Shown one piece after another: positions 35,750-46,700 of a DNA stretch of 64,000 nucleotides. How positions within the stretch are numbered: position 1 is the stretch's first letter; the number at the start of each line of letters is the position of its first letter. Below the pieces are notes generated by a model. That model made no database searches and was not told the DNA's origin. It saw nothing but the letters and a program-made list of their open reading frames with translations. The DNA is taken from contig NC_086120.1 in NCBI RefSeq assembly GCF_963921235.1, positions 8,680,001 to 8,744,000 on the forward strand. The letters are read 5' to 3'. The position numbers and the translations under genes were made by a program. This DNA is from Mobula hypostoma (taxonomy: Eukaryota).

Positions 35750-36540
35750 GAATTAAGCACACTGACACATTTCCAAATCAGACCATAGTTCTCTGAGTAG
35801 GGTCAAAGGTTCTTTTGGCCTGTAACTGCACACAGGTTCCAATAGACTACACTCCAATGACTTCTGAACAGAATCTCCAATAATAAATAAGAGGAGGGGA
35901 ACCCCGCTCATCCCAGTTTTTCCCCATTTTTCACACAATATGTTTTAATCATGGTCTTAAGAGTGGAGCTGAACCATTTCAAGGCTACCTTGGACTCTGT
36001 GTGATAATTGGACTCTGTGTGATATGCAGATGACACCATGTACCTAGCTTCCAATCCTCTAACTATCCCCTGGAATGTTCTTGAAGTAAAGTTACTGCCC
36101 TGGTCAAATTGAATTTCTTTGGGCAGTCCAACCAGTGTGAAAAACCTACTGAATGCCTTCACCACAGTCTTGGCCTTGATGTTTTCAAAAGACATGGCTT
36201 CAGGGGACCTAGACACAGCACACATAATTGTTAACACATACTGATAACCAGCTGCAGTCTTTAGCAATTGACCTACACAATCCACTATGACCCCAGAAAA
36301 AGGTTCACCAAAAGCAGGTATCGGTTTAAGTAGTATGACTTGAATAACCTGTTTAGATTTCCCCTCAACTTGACAAGTATGGCAAGTCCTGTAAAAATTC
36401 ACAACATCCTTCCTTAAACTAGGCCAGTAAAATTCCTTCATAATCCCGTTCACTGTCTTTCTCACTCCATGAGGTCCACCTAAAGACATACAGTGAGCCA
36501 TGCTTGAAATTTCAGCCCTGTAAACTTTCGAAACCACCAT
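35750..36540 (-). pseudogene. Retrotransposon integrase (zinc-binding region + catalytic core)
   Basis: AHCM..GPHGVRKT..FYWPSL..CHTCQ..VIVDCVG..GYQYVLTIMC..PEA..GLPKEIQFDQGSNF..SSAYH.ES. Confidence 0.88.
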
Positions 36541-38310
36541 TTAATGTTCAATAACCCAATTCTCACTTGTACACACAGTGGCTGGTCTCCACTTCCATAT
36601 CAACACCCCATCTTTAAGATAATATCCAACTGACTCTCTCTGAACCTCCTCTCCTGTGAGGGCTATCTCCTTTAAAGCCACTATTTCAGATTCTCCCTTC
36701 TGTTCCTCTATAAATTCCTTCCTCAATAAAGACAAACCTTCCTCATACACTTTACTCTCATCAGCTTTACTACCCTCTAAGTCCTGTGGAAAACTGGAAG
36801 GTAGAAAAGTCTGTGACACATCATCATAATTTAAACCTCTGGTTTTGCTATCATAGGCCCCTACAGGCTTCATAAACATGCTTTGATTATCTGCGCATGT
36901 GAGATAAATATCAGTCTTTCCGTGTGAATTCTCAACAGCAACTTTGCTCATTAATTGAACAGCTATATTGACCTTATCTTGGAGAGGTTTCAACATTCCT
37001 CCATTGTTTACTAAACTTAGCACCATCACCAGACTTATAAGAACCATGTATACATTGTGGAATAGACCAAACAATCCGTTCATCTGATTACGACTTTCAC
37101 TTTGACTTGTCTCCATAACAACTTCCACCCCAAAACCATAACAATTCTGCTTCTTCACAACATCATAACCTTGCAGGTGTGTACCTCCAAATGTCCAAAC
37201 AAAATCTCACAGAGTAGCACATCTTCCCTCAGCAGACCTCTGTTCTGCAAGCAGGGTCAAAGGTCGTGCAACCAGTCCAACCTTTCCCAGCACTTCACTC
37301 AAAAGTCCAGGAACAGCACTTTTCCCCTTATTTTCAGTAAAACTTACCTCATCAATTTTCACCTCATCACTAACTTTTAGCTCACTGTGTAACACAAGTG
37401 TCTGAGAACCCTCACATTCCACCGGTACCAAGGTTAACCCCTTATTCACTGAACCAAGATCATCTGACACAAAAAAAACTGCATTCCTTTCCAACCAAGT
37501 CAGACACCTCAGACTTTAACTGAGCTTCAGCACAAGGTTCAGAACCCTGTGAATTCACAGGTACTTCAACAACCTGAACATAGGCAATCGGGACAACTGC
37601 CTCTTCTGGGATTTCATCACTTGTCCCAGTTTCAAATTCAAGGTCACCCCGAACCTCCCAGATACTCTCTGGCAAACTGTCATCTGGAGTAACCTTAAGC
37701 TCGTGGGTTATAACGTGTTTGCTTTCTTAGCAGACCCCCACAGGGTGGCGACATCCTCCAAACCTAGGTTTGCCCTTACATCATCAGGGACACAACTTTT
37801 AAATTCATCACATCCGAGCTGTAAAAATCATCAGGGTCTGACACTAAACTTCTCAGCTGCCTCATCTCCCTTTCAAAATGTCTCTGTCTTTCTGCCTCTT
37901 CTCTCTGTTTGTCTGCCTCTCTAGCTTTATGGATCCTCTGCCTTTCTGCTTCATCAGCCTCGAGCTGCTTTAGTTTCAATTTCAATCGCAACTGAACCTC
38001 AGCCTCAGTAAGTACCTTACCTTCAGCAAATAACTCTAACGCCTCCTCATCAAGCGTTCTCTTAGCTATATTAATGCTGGGCTATTACCGTCTGCATCTG
38101 AGCTCTCCTTATCTTAGTGGTCACCTTTAGTCTTAACTTTTGAGCAATTCCCAACAGCACAACACTCGTAGCATCATCCAACGCTTCCGGGGTTGGTTCC
38201 AGCATAAAATTCTCAACACTAACATCCATTTCTGCTGTATTTCCACACAAGAAAATCAAAAGGGATTTTCCCCAATTAATTCAAACAAGCCTCCCAACCA
38301 ATCTGTTCAT

Positions 38311-38328
38311 ATCCCGGATGAGCCCCCA
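38311..38328 (-). promoter_or_regulatory. Primer-binding site, tRNA-Pro
   Basis: Minus strand TGGGGGCTCATCCGGGAT, 1 mismatch to the canonical tRNA-Pro PBS TGGGGGCTCGTCCGGGAT, 4 nt from the 5' LTR. Confidence 0.88.
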
Positions 38329-38332
38329 ATTT

Positions 38333-39965
38333 TGTCACGTACCTCGTGATGGGTTAACAAACCAGCAGGAATGGAAAACACTTTGGAGTCCGGTATTGCT
38401 ATTAACTAATAATATTTATCATGATGATTATGATTATGAGGACACGCAGTCCCCTTTTATTGTCATTTAATAATGCATGCATTAAGAAATGATAAAATGT
38501 TTTTTCCAGAATGATATCACAAAAGCACATGATAACCCAACTTAAAAACTAACAAAAACCCACATAATTATAACATATAGTTACAACAGTGCAAAGCAAT
38601 ACCATAATTTGATATGAACAGACCATGGCACAGTAAAAGTCTCAAAGACTCTCGAAAGTCCCATCATCTCATGCAGACGGTAAACCTCCAGTGATGCCAA
38701 CTTGCCGGTGCAGCATCCTGGAAGCATCCGATCACAGTCCGAGTCCGAGTCTGTCCGAAAAACTCCGAGCCTCCAACCACCTCGCGACACCGAGCACCGA
38801 GCACCATCTCTGCCGAGCGCTTTGACCCTGGCCCCAGCAACAGGTGATATAGAAAGCTGAGGATTTGGGGCCTTCGTCTCCGGAGATTCTCGATCGCACA
38901 GTAGCAACAGCAGTGAAGCAGGCATTTCAGAAGTTATTACAGATGTTCCTTTGCACTTCTCACGGCTGTCTCCATCAAATCCGGATTGTGCACGGCACCC
39001 CTAGTTACAAATATCGATATCATTTAGAACGGCTGCGCGCACCGTGTTGCGCCGCCATCTTCTCCTCCCTCTCTTAGTAACTACGTAATATAGTAATATA
39101 AATGTAGATCAATCAGACAGGTTCTCAATGTTTATACATAAGTAAGTAAATCAGTCAGTGTCAAAAATTTATATATGAAAGCCAAGCTTCTTCAAGTCCA
39201 GGGGTAAATAGACAGTCTTATGACAATGAGTAAAGTTCAGTTCAATTCGTTCTGTTGAATTGAGTAGTGGTGGAGAGAGAGAAAGGGAGAGATTTGAGTC
39301 TTCAGGTGAGCTGATGCCGTCGATCTTCCCATTGTCCTCCGAAATCCTTTAAAAGTCACTGACTGTGACCACAACAAAGGGGTCCGTTTTTCTGTGGTGG
39401 AGCCATCAACCCAGGCAAGGGTGGACACATGGACAACTCCCCACCGGTCAATCCCTTTTCTCACTGCAAGAGCCACTGATCAATCCGCCTGATCGATTCT
39501 CCAAAAACCCACTTTTTCTGTGGGTACAACAAAGCTCATTCAGTGTCCAAAAACATGTGCGTGAGGTCTATCATCTGACCTTCTATTTATCTCACCATTC
39601 TGAGTACCAACTGTCTCTCAAATAACTCCTCCTTCCTTTGTCTGTGTAACAAATGTACAAGCAGGCAAATCTCCTTGGGAAGTATAAATACGCTGCCAAA
39701 AAATCATAACATCAATTGTCCATCAAATAACTCCACCCTCGGTCAGCATAGCGACTTACGAGCTGCTGGGTGCTCTCTCTCTCTCTCCAGCTCAGCAGAA
39801 ATCCAAAAGTTGTTCTCAGTTCCTCCTCGTGCCTTAAAGTGACAGTCCAAAAGTTAGTCTTTGTCTCTCTCTCTCTCTTTTCAAAACGACATGTTGATGT
39901 TAAATACCTCTCTCTATCTCTTTTCAAAAGCACAGTTCATAAGGGTAATTCAGGACACCATCACA
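38333..39965 (-). repeat. 5' LTR of the Gmr1-like element, interrupted at about 38419-39074
   Basis: Matches the 3' LTR on both sides of the insertion (AATAATATTTAT | TAGTAACTAC). Confidence 0.88.
38419..39074 (-). mobile_element. Non-autonomous about 660-bp retroelement (AAGATGGCGGCG start, (ATAATC)n tail); second copy at about 52106-52760
   Basis: Both copies share GATTATGAGGACAC.CAGTCC..CATAATTATAACATATAGTTACAACAG..CTCCATCAAATC. Absent from the other LTR. Confidence 0.75.
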
Positions 39966-40874
39966 CGGGACACAGTTGTGTTCAGTGAATTGTTACCATC
40001 TCTTAATGAAACATTTCTCTTTTTGGTTGCGTTTTTGGACAAACTATGATTTAACACTTTCTGATCATTAGTGTTATTTCTGTTCTTGTGTTAGTTTGTC
40101 AGTTTTTATCTTGCTTTGATAGGGGCGAATGAGAAGGGACACAATAGGGCAGGACGTTGCCGGCTGAAGACAGTCTATGACAATACATTAGAACGACAAG
40201 TTTCTTATGTTTAGCACATTCCCGCTAAACAGCCTTCGGGCATTTACTCAACTTGCTGTCCTCCCAATCAGGGTGGAACTCTCCTCCAGTACTCATCAAT
40301 TAAAAGACCCTCTCCCGCTGCCCAGTCCTTGCCTCCTCTCCACCTGCTCATTTGAGCAGATTGTGAGATGTTTGTAGCAACGGAGCCATTAGTGACGGGT
40401 GGGAGGGTTGGAGGAAAGAGGAGGAATGTGTAACTGATGGCACAGAGAGTGGGACTTAATTACTCTGGGGGCGCTTTGGTGCCACTGCGTCTCTCAATTC
40501 CGGGATGAATCAGTGCTAAAAAGCCTCATCTATTGGAGTAGATTTCCAGTATTCCAGTATAAGCAATATGCACTGTCCTCCATGGGCACTGAGCTGTCTT
40601 TCAGAGAGACTAACGACCCCACTCGATGAAGCTAAAACATTTTACTTGTGCTCTGTCAAACTACGGAGGAATGGGGGCAATAGGCCCCAAAGGGCATTGA
40701 CTGTTTTATAGACAGTAGTAACCATACTTTAATCTGAGTATACTTACTGTCTTGTAAATATTGAAAGTCTGTACTTTGTGTATATATGATGTAAATAAAC
40801 TTATATAATTTTGTAAAAAGAATGACGAGAGATATTTTGTGTATTGAAACACATCTTCTTTTGTTCTAATTCAG

Positions 40875-41197
40875 CTCGGCAACTCACAGACCCTTCAGTG
40901 AAACTGCTTGGGCCGTCAGCCGAGGAGATCTCCGCTAAAGAAGCGGACACCTTAGTTTGCCTGGTCAGTAAATTGTCGATCAGCTTCCCTGTCGTCAGCT
41001 GGACAGTGAACGACAGTCAGATGAGCAGTGAGGTGCAAACCAGCGGGGTGACTCAGAAAGCGGACAAAACCTTCAGTCTCAGCAGCTACCTGACGGTGCC
41101 CGGCGCAGACTGGAGCAGTGGGAAGAGGTACTCCTGCTCAGTTCAACAAGGAGCAGCCTCGACAATATCCGCAACAGTCACACAATCCAGCTGTTAA
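40875..41197 (+). CDS. IGLC (sigma): Ig light-chain constant exon (C1-set domain), intact
   Basis: Acceptor TTCAG at 40874, phase matching J. RQLTDPSVKLLGPSAEEISAKEADTLVCLVS..SISFPVVSWTVN..FSLSSYLTVPGADWSSGKRYSCSV..TQSSC*: both domain Cys, the core Trp and the terminal Cys are present. Confidence 0.95.
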
Positions 41198-41478
41198 ACA
41201 GAGCGCGGCTTCGGCCTTGTTTGTCCCCGATTAACGGGAGATCATGGCCTTGTATCTTTCACCTCTACCTCTCCCACTCGCTCTTCACTGTACTTCCCTT
41301 CTGTTCCGCTCTCTGTAGTTTCCACTTTGATGTTGGAATATTTGTACCCGAGGCTGATTTTGTTCTTTTTCTTACTGAGAGGCTACACGGTGGTAACGCG
41401 GACAGTTACTTGGCTCCTGGAAATTTCAGGCGGTGAATGATTTTCTCTGAAATTGTGTTTGGTTTAATTAGAACAATT

Positions 41479-41548
41479 AATAAACATTATTGTGATAGAT
41501 TATCAGTATCAGACTAACAAATCGTAATGGTAACTAACTACCAATAAA
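41479..41548 (+). terminator. Candidate polyadenylation signals of the light-chain transcript
   Basis: AATAAA at 41479-84 and 41543-48, the second followed by a GT/T-rich tract. Confidence 0.6.
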
Positions 41549-43019
41549 GACCGTGTGTGCATTTTGTCTTCTTTGATGTTTTTCCTATTCTGATACTGAG
41601 TTGGAGGAGGGAAGAGAGAGGAGACTCATCTCTCTCTGGTTCGTGAAGTTTAGGAAATCTCTCCGGCAGCCTTGGACACCGAATACAGTATCAGCAACGA
41701 AGTACAGGAAGTTCCATTGCGGAGATACTGGAAAGGATCGGGGACAGAGTGGTAGGTTGATGGTTCTCTGTCTCTGTGATGTAAATTGCGAACAAAGCAG
41801 CTGATTCTGGGAAGGTTAGTAAAGGAAATGAAAATAAACGTGGCTGGAAATATTCAGCTTCTGGGGCAGCATTGGTGGAAAGAGGAATAATTTGTAGTTA
41901 CTTTCTGAGCTGATGAGTTTTTGCCAGAAATGACCAATACTGACATAAACTGGACAGTCTGGTTATCTGAGACGATTGAAGTAAAGACCGGGTCACAAGG
42001 ATTGATGTTTAAATTCTGTTCCTCAATTATCTATTGAGTGATGGCGTGTGGTGCAGGAGTCCAGAGACAATGTAGCTCAGGATTTAGTTCAGATTAGTTC
42101 TGGATCTGCTTTCCATTACTCTCTCAACAGTACCCATCGCCTTCCCTTCTTTCCCCTCCCAACCCCACCCACTCCGCCAATGCTTCCTAGGCTGAACCCT
42201 TATCCTCTCCCCATTTGCAGAGCCACTACATTCATTTCCCAAACCCTGTTCCAACTTTGATCCTTCCCCTCCCTCCCCAGCAACTTGCTCAGAGCTCTCC
42301 GCCGCTGACCTCCCCCTCACCCCGTTGCCGTTACTTCGATGGACTGGGTAGACACCACTGGGCGATTCAGTCCGGGATTTTAAACAATGGCTGCTTCCTT
42401 GCTGCTGTTCATTCTGAGGAGCATGAGAGTGGTGGCAAAGGGAGGAAGAGTGCGTGTCTGTTCTGAGAAAGAGAGATAATGAGAGAAGGAAGGAGAGATG
42501 GGACGGATAGAGAAAGAGGGAGTGACAGAGAAACAGCTGATAGCGAAGGTGAGATGAGAGAATAACACACCCAGGAGACAGAAAGGCGGGAAGGGAACCA
42601 GTTGGGAGAGTTGCGGGATGGGTGACAGAGGGGAGGTAAAGAGAGAAACCAGCAATCCTGGTACAGCTGGAAGTTTGATCAGTGCTGTTTGTACTTGCAT
42701 GGAAAGGTCGAGTGGACGGGAAAGCCAAGTTTCGACTTTGCATAGCACAGAGATCCAGAGAAAGAAAACACATTCACAAAAACACCACCCCCCAATGGGC
42801 AAGTCCCACCGTTCCAATAAAACAAAGAAATCTCACACCGACCTGTTCCCAAGTTGCTCTCTGAGTTCCTATTAGTCAAGGACCAAAGGGAAGAGTCTGA
42901 GAATACAGGACATCCCCTTCGAACAGAGATGAGGAGGAATTTCTTCTGTGAAAGGGTGGTGAATCAATGGAATTCATTACAACAGACGGCTGTGTCGGCC
43001 AAGTCGTTAAGTATACTTG

Positions 43020-44840
43020 AAGTGGAGATAATCTTTTCAATGATTTTCAGTTCCCTCGCCTCCACCGCTTTATTTTCACCATGGATGTTCAGTCCCTATA
43101 TACCTCCATCCCCCCTCTAGGAAGGTCTCAAAGCTCGCCACTTCTTTTTGGATTCCAGACCTAGCCAGTTCCACTCTACCACCACTCACCTCCGTCAAGC
43201 GGAATTAGTCCATAATCTTAGTAATTTCTCCTTTGGCTCCTCCCACTTCCACCAAACTAAAGGTGCAGCCATGGGTACCCATATAGGTCTCAGCTATGCC
43301 TGCTTTTTCGTTGGTTTTGTGGAACAATCCATGTTCCAAGCCTGTACCAGTATCTGTCCCCCTCTTTTCCTTCGATGATTGAATTGGCGCTGCTTCCTGC
43401 ACACATGCTGAGCTCGTTGACTTCATCAACTTTGCCTCCAACTTTCACCCTGCCATCAAGTTTACCTGGTCCATTTCCAACACCTCCTTCTGCTTTCCTG
43501 ATCTGTCTGTCTCTATCTCTGGAGACAGCTTATCCACCGATGTCTACTATAAGCCTACTGACTCTCACAGCTACCTGGACTATTCCTCTTCTCTCCCTGT
43601 CTCTTGCAAAAATGCCACCCCCTTCTGGCAATTCCTCTGTCTCCGCCACATCTGCTCTCAGGATGAGGCTTTTCATTCCAGGACGCGGGAGATGTCCTCC
43701 TTTTTTAAAGAAAGGGGCTTCCCTTCCTCCACCATCAACTCTGCTCTCAAACGCATCTCACACATTTCACGCACATCTGCTCTCACACCATCCTCCCGCC
43801 ACCCCACTAGGAATAGGGTTCCCCTTGTCCTCACCTAAGACCCCATCAGCCTCCGGGTCCAACATGTAATTCTTCGTAAATCCTGCCACCTCCAACAGGA
43901 TCCCACTACTAAGCACATCTTTCTCTCCTCCCCTTCTCTGTTTTCCACAGGGATCGCTCCCTACGTGACTCCCTTGTCCATTCATCCCCCCATCTCTTCC
44001 CACCGATCTCCCTCCCGGCACTTATCCTTGTAAGCGGAACATGTGCTACACATGCCCTTACACTTCCTCCTTCACCACCTTTCAGGGCCCAGACAGTCCT
44101 TCCAGGTGAGGCGACACTTCACCTGTGAGTCGGCTGGGGTGATATACTGCGTCCGGTGCTCCCGATGCAGCCTTCTATATATTGACGAGACCCGACGCAG
44201 GCTGGGAGACTGTTTTGCTGAACACCTACGCTCTGTCTGCCAGAGAAAGCAAGATCTCCCAGTGGTCACACATTTTAATTCCACATCCCATTCCCATTCT
44301 GATATGTCTATCCACGGTCTCCTATGTTGTCAAGATGAAGCCACACTCAAGTTGGAGGAACAACACCTTATATTCCATTTGGGTAGCCTCCAACCTGATG
44401 GCATGAATATTGACTTCTCTAACTTCCGTTAATGCCCCTCCTCCCCTTCACACCCCATCCCTTATTTATTTATTTAATATATATATTTTTATGTATTTTC
44501 CCCCCTTTTATTCTCTCTCTCTTTTTCTCTCCCTGTTCCTCTCACTATAACTCCTTGCCTGCTCTCCACCCTCCAGGCTCCCTTCTCCCGTCTCTTTCTC
44601 CCCAGGCTTCCCGCCCCATGATCCTCTCCCTTCTTCAGATCTTAGATCCACCCCTCCCCTCCTGTCTTCTCCTATCATTTTGATCTCCCCCTCCCCCTTC
44701 CAGTTTCAAATCTCTTACTATCTCTTCTTTCAGTTAGTCCTGACGAAGGGTCCCGGCCCGAAACGTCGACTGTACCTCTTCCTGTAGATGCTACCTGGCC
44801 TGCTGCGTTCACCAACATTTTTTGTGTGTGTTGCTTAAAG
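43020..44840 (+). mobile_element. Penelope-like element (RT relic + GIY-YIG endonuclease + terminal repeat with hammerhead)
   Basis: FTMDVQSLYTSIP; GAAMGT..SYAC.FVG..EQSMF; ORF 44043-44432 CESAGVIYCVRCSRCSLLYIDET.RRLGD.FAEHL.SV..HFNS..H..E..LIF.LGSLQP.GMN. Confidence 0.88.
44736..44771 (+). ncRNA. Minimal type I hammerhead ribozyme (predicted)
   Basis: AGTC-CTGACGA-A-GGG(TCCCGG)CCC-GAAAC-GTC/GACT. All core nucleotides are present; stem I is AGTC/GACT; predicted cleavage after C44767. Confidence 0.75.
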
Positions 44841-45309
44841 TGGAGATGAACAGTTTCTTGATAAGTAAATGAGTCAATGCGGACGTGGACAAGGCAGAAA
44901 AATGGGTATGAGAGGGATAATATATCAGCCATGATAGAATGGCAGAGTAGATGAGCTGAATGACCTGTTTCTGCCCCTATGTGTTGTGATCTTATGGTGG
45001 AATTTATCAAAACACATAATGAGGCCATTCAGCCTATTGGGTCCATGCAAGCTCCCAACAGAGCAACCCCATTGGTGCCTGTTCTGTTCTCCTCAATCAT
45101 GCCATCAAGTAATGATAACACTGAAATCAATGGGGTATCATGAGCAAAGCACACCAGTGACTGGAATCATATCTCACCTGAAGAAAGATGTTGGACTTCA
45201 AACGTCCCAGTCCCATGATATCACTACAGCTGTACCTCATGGAAGACATTCAACCCAAGCATGTTTGCTGCTTCATCAGGAATCTTCCTTCCACTGTAAG
45301 ATCTCCAAA

Positions 45310-46700
45310 AGACTATAAGACATAGGAGCAGAATTAGGCCATTTGACCTATCGAGTCTGCTTTGTCATGTTTAATTTATTATCCTTTTCAACCCCATTGA
45401 TTCATGGTTGATTCATTATCCTTCTGAACCCCATTCTCCTGCTTTCTCCCCGCACACTTTGTCACTCTTACAAATCAAGAACCTATCAACCTCTGTTTTA
45501 AATATAACCATTGAGATGGCCTCCACAGCTGCCTGTGGCAAAAACTTCAACAGAATCATTGCTCTCTGGCTAAAGAGCTTCCTTTTCACCTCTGTTCTAA
45601 AGGGACATTCTCATATTCTGAGGCTTTGCTCCCTCATCCTATATTCTCCAAATATTGCAAACACCCTCTCCACATCCACTCCAAGTGGGCTTTCGATATT
45701 CAATAGGATTCAATTTGATCTCTTCCTCATTCTTCTGAACTCCAGTGAGCACAGGTCCAGAGCCATCAAACGGTCATCATATCTTAACCTTTTCATTCCA
45801 GCGATCACTCTCATGAACCTTTTCTACAATGCCAGTACGTCCTTTTCCAGATAAGGGGACCAAAACGGCTCACAGTACTCCTTGTGTGGTCTGACTAATA
45901 CCTTGTAAATCCTCAACATTACATCCTTGTTTTTATATTGTATCCTCTCAAAACGAATGCTAAAATTGCATTTACCTACCTTACTACTGACCCCACTGCA
46001 AGTTAATCTTCAGGGAATTCTGCACAAGGACTCCCAAGTCCCTTTGCACCTCTGATTTCTGAACTTTTTCCCCTGTTAAGAAAATAGTCTAAACCTTTGT
46101 TCCTTCTCCCAAAGTGCATGGCCGTACACATCCCTATATCTTCCATCTCCCACTTCTTTGCCCATTTTCCGAACTTGTCAATATCCTTCTGGATATTCCC
46201 TGCTTCCCCAACACAACCTGCCCCTCCATCAATGCTTGTATCGTCCACAAACTTGCCCATAGAGTGATCAATTTCATCATCTAAATTATTAATATAGAAA
46301 TGGAAAAGAAGAGGTCCCAACACTGACCCCTGCAGAACTATACCAATCATTGCAGCCAGCTAATAAAGGCCCTGTTTATTCCGACACTCTGCCTCCTGCC
46401 AGTCAGCAAATCTTCTATCTATGTGTTCTCATCAAAGGTCTCTGAAAATCCAAGTGAAAAACATGCACTGACTCTCCTTTGTCAATCCTGCTGTTATTTC
46501 CTCAAAGAATTCCAACAGATTTTTCAGGCAAGATTATTCTTTTAGGAAACCAGGCTAACTTTGGCCTGTTTCATCACGTGTCTCCAAGTACCCCAAAACC
46601 TCACCCTGAAGATTGGATTCTGACATCTTGCCAACTACCACAGGCAAACTAACTGGCTTATAATTCCCTGTATTTTGCATCCCTCCCCTCTTAAAGAGTG
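45310..46700 (-). mobile_element. CR1 LINE RT/3' relic
   Basis: QGSVLGPLLF..YINNLD..KFVDDT..IQKDID..W..KW.M (ORF 46003-46350); 3' tail AGACTATAAGACATAGGAGCAGAATTAGGCC. Confidence 0.8.

Larger units (their letters stand above)
31936..39965 (-). mobile_element. Gmr1-like Ty3/Gypsy LTR retrotransposon (gag-PR-IN-RT-RH), decayed, in the J-C intron
   Basis: Two homologous LTRs (31936-32909 and 38333-39965), each TGTCAC...TCACA. 4-bp target duplication TGGG/CGGG. PBS at 38311-28 and PPT at 32910-20. IN (35908-36540) lies upstream of RT (33541-35664) and RH (33040-33459). Confidence 0.9.

Noticed and set aside
31038-41197. Assignment as lambda, kappa, T-cell receptor or germline-joined VJ
   Set aside because: V and J are separate with RSSs, CDR1/CDR2 lengths and motifs fit sigma, and the single C exon ends in Cys-stop with no transmembrane exons.
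42380-42879. ORFs with a Cys/Phe-rich, signal-peptide-like start
   Set aside because: They overlap a degenerate purine/pyrimidine-rich Penelope-like relic; no splice or domain support.
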